Assembly (NCBI GenBank): GCA_963746845.1
Contig: CAVVCZ010000007.1
Location: 60,488-124,487, forward strand
Direction of reading: 5' to 3'
From: an uncultured Chloroflexia bacterium
GTDB taxonomy: Bacteria; Chloroflexota; Limnocylindria; Limnocylindrales; CSP1-4
Length of the DNA stretch: 64,000 nt
Part shown: piece after piece, positions 9,553 to 18,922 of the stretch
Numbering within the stretch: the first letter of the stretch is position 1
How the letters are laid out: each line of letters starts with the position of its first letter
The notes under the pieces: generated by a model
The model's database searches: none
Seen by the model: only the letters and a program-made list of their open reading frames with translations
What the model was told of the DNA's origin: nothing
Program-made: the position numbers and the translations under genes

Positions 9553-10763
9553 GTCCCCACCCCGGCCCCGACGGGATCGACGGCGCCCGCCCCACCGGCC
9601 GCGGCCACCACGAAGACTCGCGGGTGCAGCCCGGTCCGCCGCTCGTAGTCGCGCTCGACCGCCTCACGCAGGTCGGCGACCGCGGCGGGCCGCACCAGGT
9701 TGATCGTGCAGCCCCCGAACCCGGCACCGGTCAGCCGGGCCGCGACGACCCCGGGCGTCTCGGTCGCGATCTCGACGAGCGTGTCGAGCGGGATGGACGA
9801 CACCTCGTACAGTCGCCGGAGCGAGTCGTGGCTCTCGGCGAACAGGCGGCCGACCGTCTCCAGGTCGCCGGTGACGAGCGCCGCGCACGTCGCATCGACC
9901 CGCGCGATCTCCCGGACCACGTGCTCCGCCCGGCGCGCGGCCACCCGGTCCGCGGCGGTCAGCTCCGGCAGGACCGCCTCGAGCAGCCCCGGATCGACGT
10001 CCCGGAGCGATGTGATCGCCCGCCCCGTGCCCGCCAGCGCCGCGATCGCCGTCACGGCACGGGCGCACTCCGCCCGGCGATCGTTGTAGGCGGAGCCCGT
10101 GAGGGCACGTGGGGCCCCGGTGTGGCACACGACGAGGACGAGGTCCGCGGGAAGCGGCACCGGGCGCCAGTCCAGCGACCGGCAGTCGAGACGCAGCGCC
10201 GCGCCGGCCACGCCGAACGTGACGGCGAACTGGTCCATCAGCCCGCATTGGACCCCGACGTGCTCGTTCTCGCCGCGCTGCGCGATCCGGGCGAGGGTCA
10301 TCGGGTCCGTCGCCGGCGCCTCCCCGCCGGACAGCGCCCAGGCCGATGCCAGCTCGAGCGCCGCCGACGACGACAGGCCGGCCTGCGCCGGCAGGTCGCT
10401 GCCCACCACGCCAACGAAGCCTCCGACAGGCAGTCCCGCCGCGTCCATCGCCCAGGCGGTGCCCGCCACGTAGTCGATCCAGTGGCCGCGCGCCGGGCCG
10501 AGGTCGTCGAGGTCGATCTCGGCCGTGTCGCCCGCGTCGAGCGAGGTGAGGCGGACGGTCCGCGACACGGTCGGGAGGAGCGCGATCCGGACCTCTCGGT
10601 CGATCGCGGCGGGCAGGACGAGCCCGTCGTTGTAGTCGGTGTGCTCTCCGATCAGGTTGACCCGGCCGGGCGCCCGAACGACCCGGATCGCGTCGCGGCG
10701 CCGGGCCGCGTCGGGCTCGCCGGCGACCAGGGCCCCGATCAACGACCCCGCGAACGCGCTCAT
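9549..10763 (-). CDS. galK: galactokinase
   Basis: GHMP kinase. Galactokinase signature GRVNLIGEHTDYNDG near the N-terminus, GHMP ATP-binding motif (PVGGFVGVVGSDLPAQAGLSSSAA). Confidence 0.9.
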   Translation of the reverse strand: MSAFAGSLIGALVAGEPDAARRRDAIRVVRAPGRVNLIGEHTDYNDGLVLPAAIDREVRIALLPTVSRTVRLTSLDAGDTAEIDLDDLGPARGHWIDYVAGTAWAMDAAGLPVGGFVGVVGSDLPAQAGLSSSAALELASAWALSGGEAPATDPMTLARIAQRGENEHVGVQCGLMDQFAVTFGVAGAALRLDCRSLDWRPVPLPADLVLVVCHTGAPRALTGSAYNDRRAECARAVTAIAALAGTGRAITSLRDVDPGLLEAVLPELTAADRVAARRAEHVVREIARVDATCAALVTGDLETVGRLFAESHDSLRRLYEVSSIPLDTLVEIATETPGVVAARLTGAGFGGCTINLVRPAAVADLREAVERDYERRTGLHPRVFVVAAAGGAGAVDPVGAGVGT

Positions 10764-12150
10764 CCGCGAGCGCCCTGCCCGTCGGCCACCCCGTCCGCGA
10801 CGGAGGCGATGAAGGGCTCGATCGGAGACGCGGCGAGGAGCCGGCGGGTGGTGGTCAGCCCCCAGTCGTCGAGGTCGGCGAGGCGATCGGAGGAGCCGCG
10901 AAGCCCGCCGTAGCGCTCCACGTGCGCCGCCAGGGCTTCACGGTGCTCGACGGCGGGCCGGGCAACGATGCAGTCCGGGTCGTTGACCCAGAACCGGCCA
11001 TGCTGGAACGCCCGCCCGGCGCCTGTCACGACCGCGGACCGGCCCCCCGGCTTCGAGAGGTCGCCGTCGTCCGGCTCCCAGTGCGGACCGGTGTCGGGGC
11101 TGATCCGCATCGCGTCGACGAGCCCGACGCTCGGCAGGATCGGTGCCCCGCAGCCGAGCAGGTACGCGTCACCGATCGCGCCGCGGATCAGCTCCATTCC
11201 GCTCCGGTACGCCTGGATCTCGGTGAGGGACCGATCCTGCCGCCGCCCGGGCATCGCGCCCGCGTACAGGAAGTCGATCTTGAAGTAGTCGAACCCGAGA
11301 CCGCACAGCGTCTCGAACACGCCGGCGAGCCACGCCCGCGCATCCGCGTGGGTGGTGTCGAGAACCAGCAATCGCTGGTCCCAGTTGTGGCCGGCGTCGA
11401 CGGGCGCATCGGTCGCGAGGTCGCGGACCAGCCAGTCGGGATGGAGCCGGGCCGTCTCGGATCGCTCGCCGACGAGGAAGGGCGCCACCCAGATCCCCGC
11501 CCGCCGACCGGCCCCATGGATGCGCCGGACCAGGCCCTCGAGGGACACGAACCGCCCGGACAGCGCCAGCCAGTCGCCGATCTCCGCCTGGTAGCCGTCG
11601 TCCAGCTGGACGACGTCGATCGGCAGGTCCAGCCGGTCCATCGAGGCCAGGTTCTCGTCCATGTCGGCCTCGGTCACGTCCGTGAAGTAGTGGTACCAGG
11701 AGCACCAGACCGTCGGCGCGCGCCGGATCCCCTTCACTCCGGCCCGGACCGCGAACCAGCCGGCCCAGGCGGCCAGGGCGCGATCGATCCCGCCTTCGGC
11801 CGGATGCTGATCGTGGGTCACGTCGCCGTCGGCCCAGACCTGGATCACGTCCCCGTTCTGCTCCAATCGGATCGATGGCACGATCCGGTCCGCGCGCGCG
11901 GCATGGAAGACGTGGATCTGCTCGGAGGGCGTCGGCTGGACCGCGAGCAGGCCCTCGCCCTGGAACACGCCGGGCGGCACGGCGTCCCCCGGTCGGTAGC
12001 CCATGACCCGGCTCACGGCGTGCCTCGGTCGGGGTGGTTGATCCGTGACGGCCCAGGTCGCCGACGGGCTCCACGACTGCCAGCCATGCTCGAACACGCG
12101 CGACGACGCCGGATCCACGTGCAGCTCGGCGATCCGTTCGAAGGCACCCA
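10760..12150 (-). CDS. alpha-galactosidase (clan GH-D, GH36/GH27-like)
   Basis: Translation contains WCSWYHYF, LDDGYQ and DYFKIDFLYAG motifs typical of melibiase-type alpha-galactosidases. ATG at 12148-12150 inside a longer artefactual ORF. Start/stop overlap with galK. Confidence 0.65.
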
Positions 12151-12161
12151 TCCCGGCCACG

Positions 12162-13193
12162 CTATCCGAACGCCAGGAGCAGCGCACCGACCAGGACGAG
12201 CACGGCCGCGCCGATCCGGCGCGCGGCGTCCGCGTTCCCCGTCGCCTCGCGGAGGCGCAACGCACCCCAGCCCGACGCGAGGACGATGGCCGACTCCCGG
12301 AGGGGGACGACCGCCGTCAACGGGGCCACGCCGTAGGCGATCAGGATCAGCAGGTAGGCCGCGAGCGTGATCAGGCCACCGACGGCCGCCCGCGGGACCG
12401 AGAACGCGGGGTCGGGTGGGTCGGGGTCGAGGGCCGGCGTTGCCACGCCGGCCGCCACGCGCGACGCCGCCCATCGGCGATAGATCCACACGTAGCTCCA
12501 CAGGAACGCGACGCAGCTGGCCCAGATCAGCGCGGCGTAGGTCCACGCCTCCGTGCCCCTGACCGCCACCGAGTCCACCGCCGAGTAGCACGCGATCGTG
12601 ACGCCGGTGAGGAGCGCGAAGCCGGCAGCGCCGGAGCCCGCGCGCCCGTCGGCGTGCAGGTACTGCCACGGCCGCTGGAGCGCGAGCATCCCGACGAGCA
12701 GGCACGCGACGCCGAGGAACCCAACGGTGCCGAGACGCTCGCCGAGAATGACGACGCCGATCGCGACGGCCAGCAATGGCGCCGTGCCGCGGGCGATCGG
12801 GTACACGATGGACAGGTCGCCGCGTCGGTAGGCGGACGCGAGGAACGCGAAGTACATCGCCTCGAGCAGGCCCGAGACGACCGACAGCCCGAGCGTCTCC
12901 GCGGGGATCGCGGGCCGGCCGATGACCAGCCAGGCGACGAGCGCCGTCGGACACAGGAGCACGGCGGCGGCCGTCATGCCGACCGCGGCCGCCCGGAGCG
13001 GATCGCCCGCGGTCTTGAGCAGAACGTTCCACGTCACGTGGAGTACGGCCGCGCCCGCGACCAGGACGAAGACGACGGGTCCACGGCCGGATGCTAGCCC
13101 GGCCGACGATCGTGGGACGCGTCCCCGGTCGCAGCTCGTCGCCGGCGCCGGACTCGAAACAGCGGGTGCCGGACGATCCGGCGCCCGCTTCAC
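12162..13193 (-). CDS. DMT/EamA-like membrane transporter
   Basis: The C-terminal ~330 aa of the 710-aa ORF is a 10-TM protein with EamA-like repeats (VSGLLEAMYFAFLASAYRRGDLSIVYPI...). No in-frame ATG; a GTG at 13191-13193 lies 5 nt after the upstream gene's stop. Start uncertain. Confidence 0.5.
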   Translation of the reverse strand: MKRAPDRPAPAVSSPAPATSCDRGRVPRSSAGLASGRGPVVFVLVAGAAVLHVTWNVLLKTAGDPLRAAAVGMTAAAVLLCPTALVAWLVIGRPAIPAETLGLSVVSGLLEAMYFAFLASAYRRGDLSIVYPIARGTAPLLAVAIGVVILGERLGTVGFLGVACLLVGMLALQRPWQYLHADGRAGSGAAGFALLTGVTIACYSAVDSVAVRGTEAWTYAALIWASCVAFLWSYVWIYRRWAASRVAAGVATPALDPDPPDPAFSVPRAAVGGLITLAAYLLILIAYGVAPLTAVVPLRESAIVLASGWGALRLREATGNADAARRIGAAVLVLVGALLLAFG

Positions 13194-13198
13194 GTTCG

Positions 13199-14890
13199 TC
13201 AGCGGGCGATGTCGCGCCGGCTGACCCCCCAGGCGCCGATCGCGATGCCACCGATGGCGATCACCACACAGAGCACCACGCCGACCGGATCCCACTGGCC
13301 GATCATCGGCTGCCCGACATGGGCGGTCAGCGCGAGCTGGTGGACCCAGTCCGGCAGGCCGAGCGGCGGAGCCAGCAGGTCGAGCAGGAACGTCGCGACG
13401 ACGAACAGCGCCGCGATCTCGGCCGCGAGTGAGGTCCGCCACAGCCCGCCGATCGCGACACCGATCCCGACGATGGCGGCGGCATAGAGACCGAGCGATG
13501 CCGAGCCGAGGAGCGCGTCTCCCGCCGTGGAACCGCCGGCTGCGGCGCCGAGGCTGATCCCCAGCGCGAACAGCACGGTCATCAGCGCGACTCCGATGAT
13601 CGCCGCGACACCGCCGGCGACGACCCAGCGCGAGCGAGTCAACGGCGTCGTCAGCACCTCCTCGAGCCGGCCTTCGGTCTCGTCGGACGCCCACTTCGAC
13701 ACGAACGTCGTGGCCGCGAAGCCGGCCGCGATGAAGAACAGCTCGGCGTACAGCTGGAGCCAGCCGCCCGCGGTCGAGAAGTCGTACCCAGGGAAGAGCT
13801 TGCCGAACACGTTCCCCATGTCGGGCGTCTTCGCGATCAGGTCGGAGAACGAGCCCACGAGCGAGCCGAGGAGCGCTCCCCAGAAGGCCATGCCGATGCC
13901 CCAGGACAGCGACCGAGGAAGCTGATCGCCGAACGCCCGCGTGATCGGGCCGCGGACCCCGAGCACGTCCTGCGGGAGCGACGGGAAGGAGAGTCCGGCC
14001 GTCACGCCGAGGTCGCGCCGGTCGAAGACCACGACCCCGAGGGCGAGGAGGACGACGCCGACGATGCCGACGAGCGCGAGGCCGGGCCAGTCGTAGAAAC
14101 CGGCGAGCGGCACGTGGTCGACCGTCCAGTGGAACGGGCTCAAGGCGATCAGCGGTCCCCCGACATCCAGGCCGCTCATCACCCAGAGCGCGATCATCAC
14201 CACACCGGCAACGGCCGCCGAGCCGGCGCGGCCGAGAACCGGAGCCAGCACGAATGCGACGCCGCCGAAGAACATCGCGATGAACCCGACCCACAGCCCG
14301 AATCCGATCGCCGAGCCGAGCGGGATCTGGTCACCCAGCGATGCGTCGCCGAAGGCGTACGAGCTGATCGTGAGCATGATCGCGAGGATGGCCACCGCCA
14401 GCCAGAGCATCGTCAGGTGAGCGGCGAGCTTCTCGACCGCGATCCGGCGCTTGCCGAAGGGCGACGTGGCAACGAGGTCGAGGCTGCCACGGGCCGCTTC
14501 GCCCGCGAGCGTCCCCGACAGCGCGAGGATCGACCACAAGGCCGTCCCGAGGGCAAACGTCGCCCCGTACTTCCAGGTCACATACCCGCCGAGCGTCCCG
14601 AGCTTGGCGCCCATCAGGGTCGTGTTGCCGAAGAGGTTGACCATCTGGGCGGGCATGCTTCCCACGAGGGCGTTCAGGTCGAGTCGGGTCTGCGAGGTCG
14701 GAAACACGGTTCCGATGGCCGCACCCAGGACGAGGGACAGGCCGGCGAGCATGCCGGCCGCGATGATGAAGGCAAGCCGGGAATCGCGGATCGTCTTGCC
14801 GTAGATGCTCCCGAACCCGTAGATCCGGCGCCGGAGCGGGATTGACGGATAGACCGCCGCCCCCTGCGGCGCCTGTGCGCCGGCGCTCAT
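13199..14890 (-). CDS. ABC-2 type transporter permease (large, about 12 TM)
   Basis: 563 aa, highly hydrophobic, with an ABC-2 permease-like repeat organisation. Stop overlaps the start of the downstream ATPase gene (ATGA). Confidence 0.7.
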   Translation of the reverse strand: MSAGAQAPQGAAVYPSIPLRRRIYGFGSIYGKTIRDSRLAFIIAAGMLAGLSLVLGAAIGTVFPTSQTRLDLNALVGSMPAQMVNLFGNTTLMGAKLGTLGGYVTWKYGATFALGTALWSILALSGTLAGEAARGSLDLVATSPFGKRRIAVEKLAAHLTMLWLAVAILAIMLTISSYAFGDASLGDQIPLGSAIGFGLWVGFIAMFFGGVAFVLAPVLGRAGSAAVAGVVMIALWVMSGLDVGGPLIALSPFHWTVDHVPLAGFYDWPGLALVGIVGVVLLALGVVVFDRRDLGVTAGLSFPSLPQDVLGVRGPITRAFGDQLPRSLSWGIGMAFWGALLGSLVGSFSDLIAKTPDMGNVFGKLFPGYDFSTAGGWLQLYAELFFIAAGFAATTFVSKWASDETEGRLEEVLTTPLTRSRWVVAGGVAAIIGVALMTVLFALGISLGAAAGGSTAGDALLGSASLGLYAAAIVGIGVAIGGLWRTSLAAEIAALFVVATFLLDLLAPPLGLPDWVHQLALTAHVGQPMIGQWDPVGVVLCVVIAIGGIAIGAWGVSRRDIAR

Positions 14891-15798
14891 GACTTCACCT
14901 CGACCGCTTGCTGGCCGTACTGCGCCAGGAACGTCTCCTCGAGGCTCGGCTCGCGGCTGACGAAGTCGGAGAGCTCGTAGGCCGCGGCGGCGCGGACGAC
15001 CGGGGTGATCGAGCCGAAGACCCGCATCCGGAGCGTGTGATCCTCGACGGCCACGTCCGAGACGCCGGGGAGGGATCGGAACGCGTCGACAGGCACGTTC
15101 GCACCATCGACGAAGCGAAGCTCGACCTGGTGGTGGGCCAGGTCACGAAGGGCCTCGGTCCGATCGACCTTGACGAGCACGCCGTCGCGGATGATCGCGA
15201 CCCGATCGCAGGTCCGCTCCACCTCGGAGAGGATATGGCTGGAGAGGAAGACGGTGCGGCCTTCCTCCCGCGCTTCACGAACGAGCGCGTAGAACGACTG
15301 CTGCACCAGCGGATCGAGACCCGACGTCGGCTCGTCGAGGATCAGGAGATCCGGACGATGCTGGAGCGCGACGACCAAGCCGATCTTCTGCTTGTTGCCC
15401 TTCGAGTACTCCTTGAACCGGCGGGTCGGGTCGATGTCGAAGCGCTCGATCAGGCTCTGGCGATAGCCGGGGTCCACGCCGCCCCGCAGGTTGCCGAAGT
15501 ACTCGAGCGTCTGGCCGCCCGTGAGGCGGTCGTAGAGCGTGAACTCGCCCGGGATGTAACCGATCCGGCGGTGGATGGCGACCGGGTCGACCGTCGACTC
15601 GATGCCGAAGACGAGGACCCTGCCGGAGGTCGGCCGGATGAGGTCGAGCAAGGTCCGGATGGTCGTGGTCTTGCCGGCACCGTTCGGCCCGAGAAAGCCG
15701 AAGACCTCGCCCTGCTCGACCGACAGGTCGACGTCGATGACGCCGCGATGCTCACCGTAGGACTTGGTCAGCTTCTCGATCTCGATGATGGCGGTCAT
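14887..15798 (-). CDS. ABC transporter ATP-binding protein
   Basis: Walker A GPNGAGKTTT, ABC signature YSKGNKQKIGL, Walker B LLILDEPTSGLD. Confidence 0.9.
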   Translation of the reverse strand: MTAIIEIEKLTKSYGEHRGVIDVDLSVEQGEVFGFLGPNGAGKTTTIRTLLDLIRPTSGRVLVFGIESTVDPVAIHRRIGYIPGEFTLYDRLTGGQTLEYFGNLRGGVDPGYRQSLIERFDIDPTRRFKEYSKGNKQKIGLVVALQHRPDLLILDEPTSGLDPLVQQSFYALVREAREEGRTVFLSSHILSEVERTCDRVAIIRDGVLVKVDRTEALRDLAHHQVELRFVDGANVPVDAFRSLPGVSDVAVEDHTLRMRVFGSITPVVRAAAAYELSDFVSREPSLEETFLAQYGQQAVEVKS

Positions 15799-15847
15799 GC
15801 CTGTCCTTTCGCCGGTTCCGTGCCGGCATCGCGTTCGTGCCGCGTCG

Positions 15848-16336
15848 TCACGCCGACGCTTCGTTGGTGGGGGCGCCGCGCTCGCCGAGGAACCGGTCGA
15901 TCACGCGGGGCACCTCGACCTCGATGAAGGCCATGACGTCGTGGAACTCCTGCATCCGGGCGCGCGCGCTCGGCGAGTCATCCACCGCCTCGAGCCCGTG
16001 CTCCGCGATGATCCGGAGCTGGCGATAGATGACGCTCGCGCTCGACAGCATCGAGTCGAGCGCCTCCGGCGGCGAGCTGAAGTACTCGCGCCGGTCGCCC
16101 CGGCGGGTCGTCCGGCGGATGAAGCCGGCCGTCGTCAGGATCCGGGCGGCACCGCTCACCGCGCCACGGCTCGCCTGGAGCGCCTCGGCGATGTCCGTGG
16201 CCGACTGCTCCGGTGGGTCGCACAGGAGGAGCCAGCCCCACATCCGGCCGGCCATCGGGGTCATCCCGTAGCCACCGAGGAACTGGCCCATCTCCTCGAT
16301 GAACCGGCTCTGCTCGGGGGTCAGGGTCGTCGCCAT
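15848..16336 (-). CDS. GbsR/MarR-type winged-helix transcriptional regulator
   Basis: 162 aa with the GbsR/MarR-like pattern GMTPMAGRMWGWLLLCDPPEQSATDIAEALQASRGAVSGAARIL. It sits at the head of a minus-strand string of ABC-2, DMT and gal genes. Confidence 0.65.
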   Translation of the reverse strand: MATTLTPEQSRFIEEMGQFLGGYGMTPMAGRMWGWLLLCDPPEQSATDIAEALQASRGAVSGAARILTTAGFIRRTTRRGDRREYFSSPPEALDSMLSSASVIYRQLRIIAEHGLEAVDDSPSARARMQEFHDVMAFIEVEVPRVIDRFLGERGAPTNEASA

Positions 16337-16465
16337 GCGCCGATGCTAGTCCGTTCCGAAGTTTCAGTCAATGCTGAATCGGCGTGACGGTCCGCGGCGG
16401 TCGCAGGCGGGTCGATCGGGTGGGCGTGCGCGGCTACGGGCCGCGCAAGAACGGTCGCGCGGCCG

Positions 16466-17356
16466 TCAGACCCCGATGGGGTGCCAGACGGTCTTCATCT
16501 CCAGCCAGGCCGCGATCCATTCCGGGCGCTCGGCGGCGCGGTCGTCCAGCCAGTCGAAGCGAGCGTCGGTCACGCCGGCCGGCCGGCGCGCGATCCGCTT
16601 GATGTCCTCGGCGGCGAGAAGCTCGGTGTCGCGTCGCAGATCCGGGGGAACGCCCCAGACGTCCAGCGCATCGACGTCCTCGTGGGCCGCGAGGACCGGC
16701 ACCAGCTCCGGCTTCCGCCCCGTGAGGATGTTCACGACCCCACCCGGCACGTCGGACGTCGCGAGCACCTCGGAGAGGGTCACCGCGGGCAATGGCCGCG
16801 TCTCGGACGAGAGCACCACGACCGAGTTGCCCGCGACGAGCGGCGGCGCCAGCCGGGAGACCAGGCCGAGGAGCGACGAGGTCTCGGGCGCGACGATCCC
16901 GACGACGCCGGTCGGCTCGGGGATCGTGAAGTTGAAGTACGGCGCCGCGACCGGGTTCGACGAGCCGAGGACCTGGGCGATCTTGTCGGCCCACCCCGCG
17001 TACCAGACCCAGCGGTCGATCGCCCGATCGACGATCGTCTCGGCCTTCTCGGCGCGCAGCCCCTCGGCCGCCGCGACCTCCGCGACGAACTGCTCGCGCC
17101 GGCCCTCCATCAGCTCGGCCACCCGGTACAGCACCTGGCCGCGGTTCATCGCGGTCTTGTCGGCCCAGGGCTGGAACGCCTTGCGAGCGGCGCGGACGGC
17201 CTCGCGGACGTCCTTGCGCGACGCCCGGACGGCATTCGCGATCGGGTCGCCGGAGGCGGACGACACGACGTACGACCGGCCGCTCTCGGAGCGCGGGAAG
17301 GCGCCCCCGATGTAGAGCTTGTACGTCTTGCGGACGTCGAGGCGGTCCGGCGCCAT
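16466..17356 (-). CDS. truncated aldehyde-dehydrogenase-like protein (N-terminal and NAD-binding region only; no catalytic Cys/Glu region)
   Basis: 296 aa. ALDH N-terminus (YKLYIGG..., DVREAVRAARKAF, W..., IVAPETSSLLGLVSRLAPPLVAGNSVVVLSSE) but no ELGGKSP or catalytic Cys block; divergent C-terminal tail. Start 12 nt after the stop of the full ALDH. Confidence 0.55.
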   Translation of the reverse strand: MAPDRLDVRKTYKLYIGGAFPRSESGRSYVVSSASGDPIANAVRASRKDVREAVRAARKAFQPWADKTAMNRGQVLYRVAELMEGRREQFVAEVAAAEGLRAEKAETIVDRAIDRWVWYAGWADKIAQVLGSSNPVAAPYFNFTIPEPTGVVGIVAPETSSLLGLVSRLAPPLVAGNSVVVLSSETRPLPAVTLSEVLATSDVPGGVVNILTGRKPELVPVLAAHEDVDALDVWGVPPDLRRDTELLAAEDIKRIARRPAGVTDARFDWLDDRAAERPEWIAAWLEMKTVWHPIGV

Positions 17357-17368
17357 CAGCGGGCCACC

Positions 17369-18913
17369 TCAGCGGTCATCGAGCCGGACATAGGCATGCA
17401 GGCCGTGCATCCCGCCCTCGCGGCCGAACCCGGACTCCTTGTAGCCGCCGAACGGCGAGGTCGGATCGAACCGATTGAACGTGTTCGCCCAGACGACGCC
17501 GGCCTTCATCCGCTTGACCATCTGGAGAATCCGGCTGCCCTTGTCGGTCCAGATGCCCGCGGACAGCCCGTACGGCGTGTTGTTCGCCTTCTCTACGGCC
17601 TCCTCGGGTGTCCGGAACGTCAGGACGGACAGCACCGGTCCGAAGATCTCCTCCCGAGCGATCCGGTGGCTCTGGGCCACGTTCGTGAAGAGCGTTGGCC
17701 GGAAGAAGCAGCCGCGATCGGGCAGATCGCAGGCCGGCTGGTACATCTCCGCGCCCTCGGCCCGTCCGGCTGCGACCAGCTCCGTGATCTTCTCGAGCTG
17801 GGCCCGGGAGTTGATCGCGCCGACGTCCGTGTTCTTGTCGAGCGGGTCGCCGACCCGGATCGTCGCCAGGCGGTCCTTCAGCTTCTCGATCAGCGGCTCG
17901 ACGATCGACTCCTGGGCGAGCAGCCGCGACCCGGCACAGCAGACCTCGCCCTGGTTGAAGTAGATCCCGTTGACGATCCCCTCGACCGCCTGGTCGAGCG
18001 GGGCGTCGTCGAACACGATGTTCGCGGCCTTGCCGCCGAGCTCCAGGGTCAGCGCCTTGTCGGTGCCGGCGACCCCCTGGAAGATCTTCCGCCCGATCTC
18101 GGTCGATCCCGTGAAGGCGACCTTGTCGACGCCCGGGTGGGTGATCAGGGCCATCCCGATCTCGCCGGGGCCCGGGACGATGTTGACGACCCCCGGCGGG
18201 AGGTCGGCCTGGCGGCAGACGTCGGCGAAGAGCAGGGCGCTGAGCGGGGTCGTCGACGCCGGCTTCAGGACGACGGTGTTGCCGGCGGCGAGGGCCGGGG
18301 CGATCTTCCACGCGAGCATCAGGAGCGGGAAGTTCCACGGGATCACCTGGGCGGCGACGCCGAGCGGCCGGGCGACCCGTCCGGGGAACGCGTAGTCGAG
18401 CTTGTCCGCCCAGCCGGCGTAGTACCAGAAGTGGGCCGCGGCGAGCGGCACGTCGACGTCGCGCGACTCCTTGATCGGCTTGCCCGAGTCCATCGATTCG
18501 AGGACCGCGAACTCGCGCGACCGCTCCTGCAGGATCCGGGCGATCCGGAAGAGGTACTTCGCCCGCTCCTTGCCGGAGAGGGTCCCCCAGCGCCGGCGCT
18601 GGGCCGTCCGCGCCGCCCGGACGGCCGTGTCGACGTCCTTCGCCGCCGCCTTGGCGACGAGCGCGAGCGGCTCCTCGGTCGCGGGGTTGACGGTCGTGAA
18701 CGTCTCGCCGCCGGTCGCCTGGACCTCGCGGCCGTTGATGAACAGCCCATAGCGGTCCTTGATCGTGACGACGTCGCGCGACTCCGGCGCGGGCGCGTAC
18801 TCCCACGGGATCGCGGCACCGTCGCCGAGCCCCCAGCTCGACGGGTGCCCCCTCGACGCGGGTGACCGCGCCGTTCGTCGCCGCCGGATCGGCCGGGCGT
18901 CTTCGTGGCCATC
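17369..18913 (-). CDS. NAD(P)-dependent aldehyde dehydrogenase with apparent frame disruption(s) in the first ~35 codons
   Basis: Catalytic region intact (ELGGKAANIVF, EVCCAGSRL, EIFGPV, PFGGYKESGFGRE). The frame continues upstream of the track's first Met with clear ALDH N-terminal homology (KDRYGLFINGREV...TFTTVNPATEEPLA...DVDTAVRAARTA...RWGTLSGKERAKYLFRIARIL), but there is no in-frame ATG/GTG/TTG back to the stop at 18923-18925. A continuous N-terminus (MA.MATKTP / ADPAATNGAVTRVEGAPVELG / LGDGAAIPWEY...) is recovered only by removing one base from a CCC run and one from a GGGGG run near 18840-18900. Confidence 0.7.
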   Translation of the reverse strand, partial: DGHEDARPIRRRRTARSPASRGHPSSWGLGDGAAIPWEYAPAPESRDVVTIKDRYGLFINGREVQATGGETFTTVNPATEEPLALVAKAAAKDVDTAVRAARTAQRRRWGTLSGKERAKYLFRIARILQERSREFAVLESMDSGKPIKESRDVDVPLAAAHFWYYAGWADKLDYAFPGRVARPLGVAAQVIPWNFPLLMLAWKIAPALAAGNTVVLKPASTTPLSALLFADVCRQADLPPGVVNIVPGPGEIGMALITHPGVDKVAFTGSTEIGRKIFQGVAGTDKALTLELGGKAANIVFDDAPLDQAVEGIVNGIYFNQGEVCCAGSRLLAQESIVEPLIEKLKDRLATIRVGDPLDKNTDVGAINSRAQLEKITELVAAGRAEGAEMYQPACDLPDRGCFFRPTLFTNVAQSHRIAREEIFGPVLSVLTFRTPEEAVEKANNTPYGLSAGIWTDKGSRILQMVKRMKAGVVWANTFNRFDPTSPFGGYKESGFGREGGMHGLHAYVRLDDR

Positions 18914-18922
18914 GCGGCCATG

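Noticed and set aside
12162-14294. 710-aa minus-strand ORF
   Set aside because: Only the C-terminal ~340 aa (the DMT transporter) look protein-like. The N-terminal half is an alternate-frame read-through over the ABC-2 permease gene with R/G/P-rich composition.
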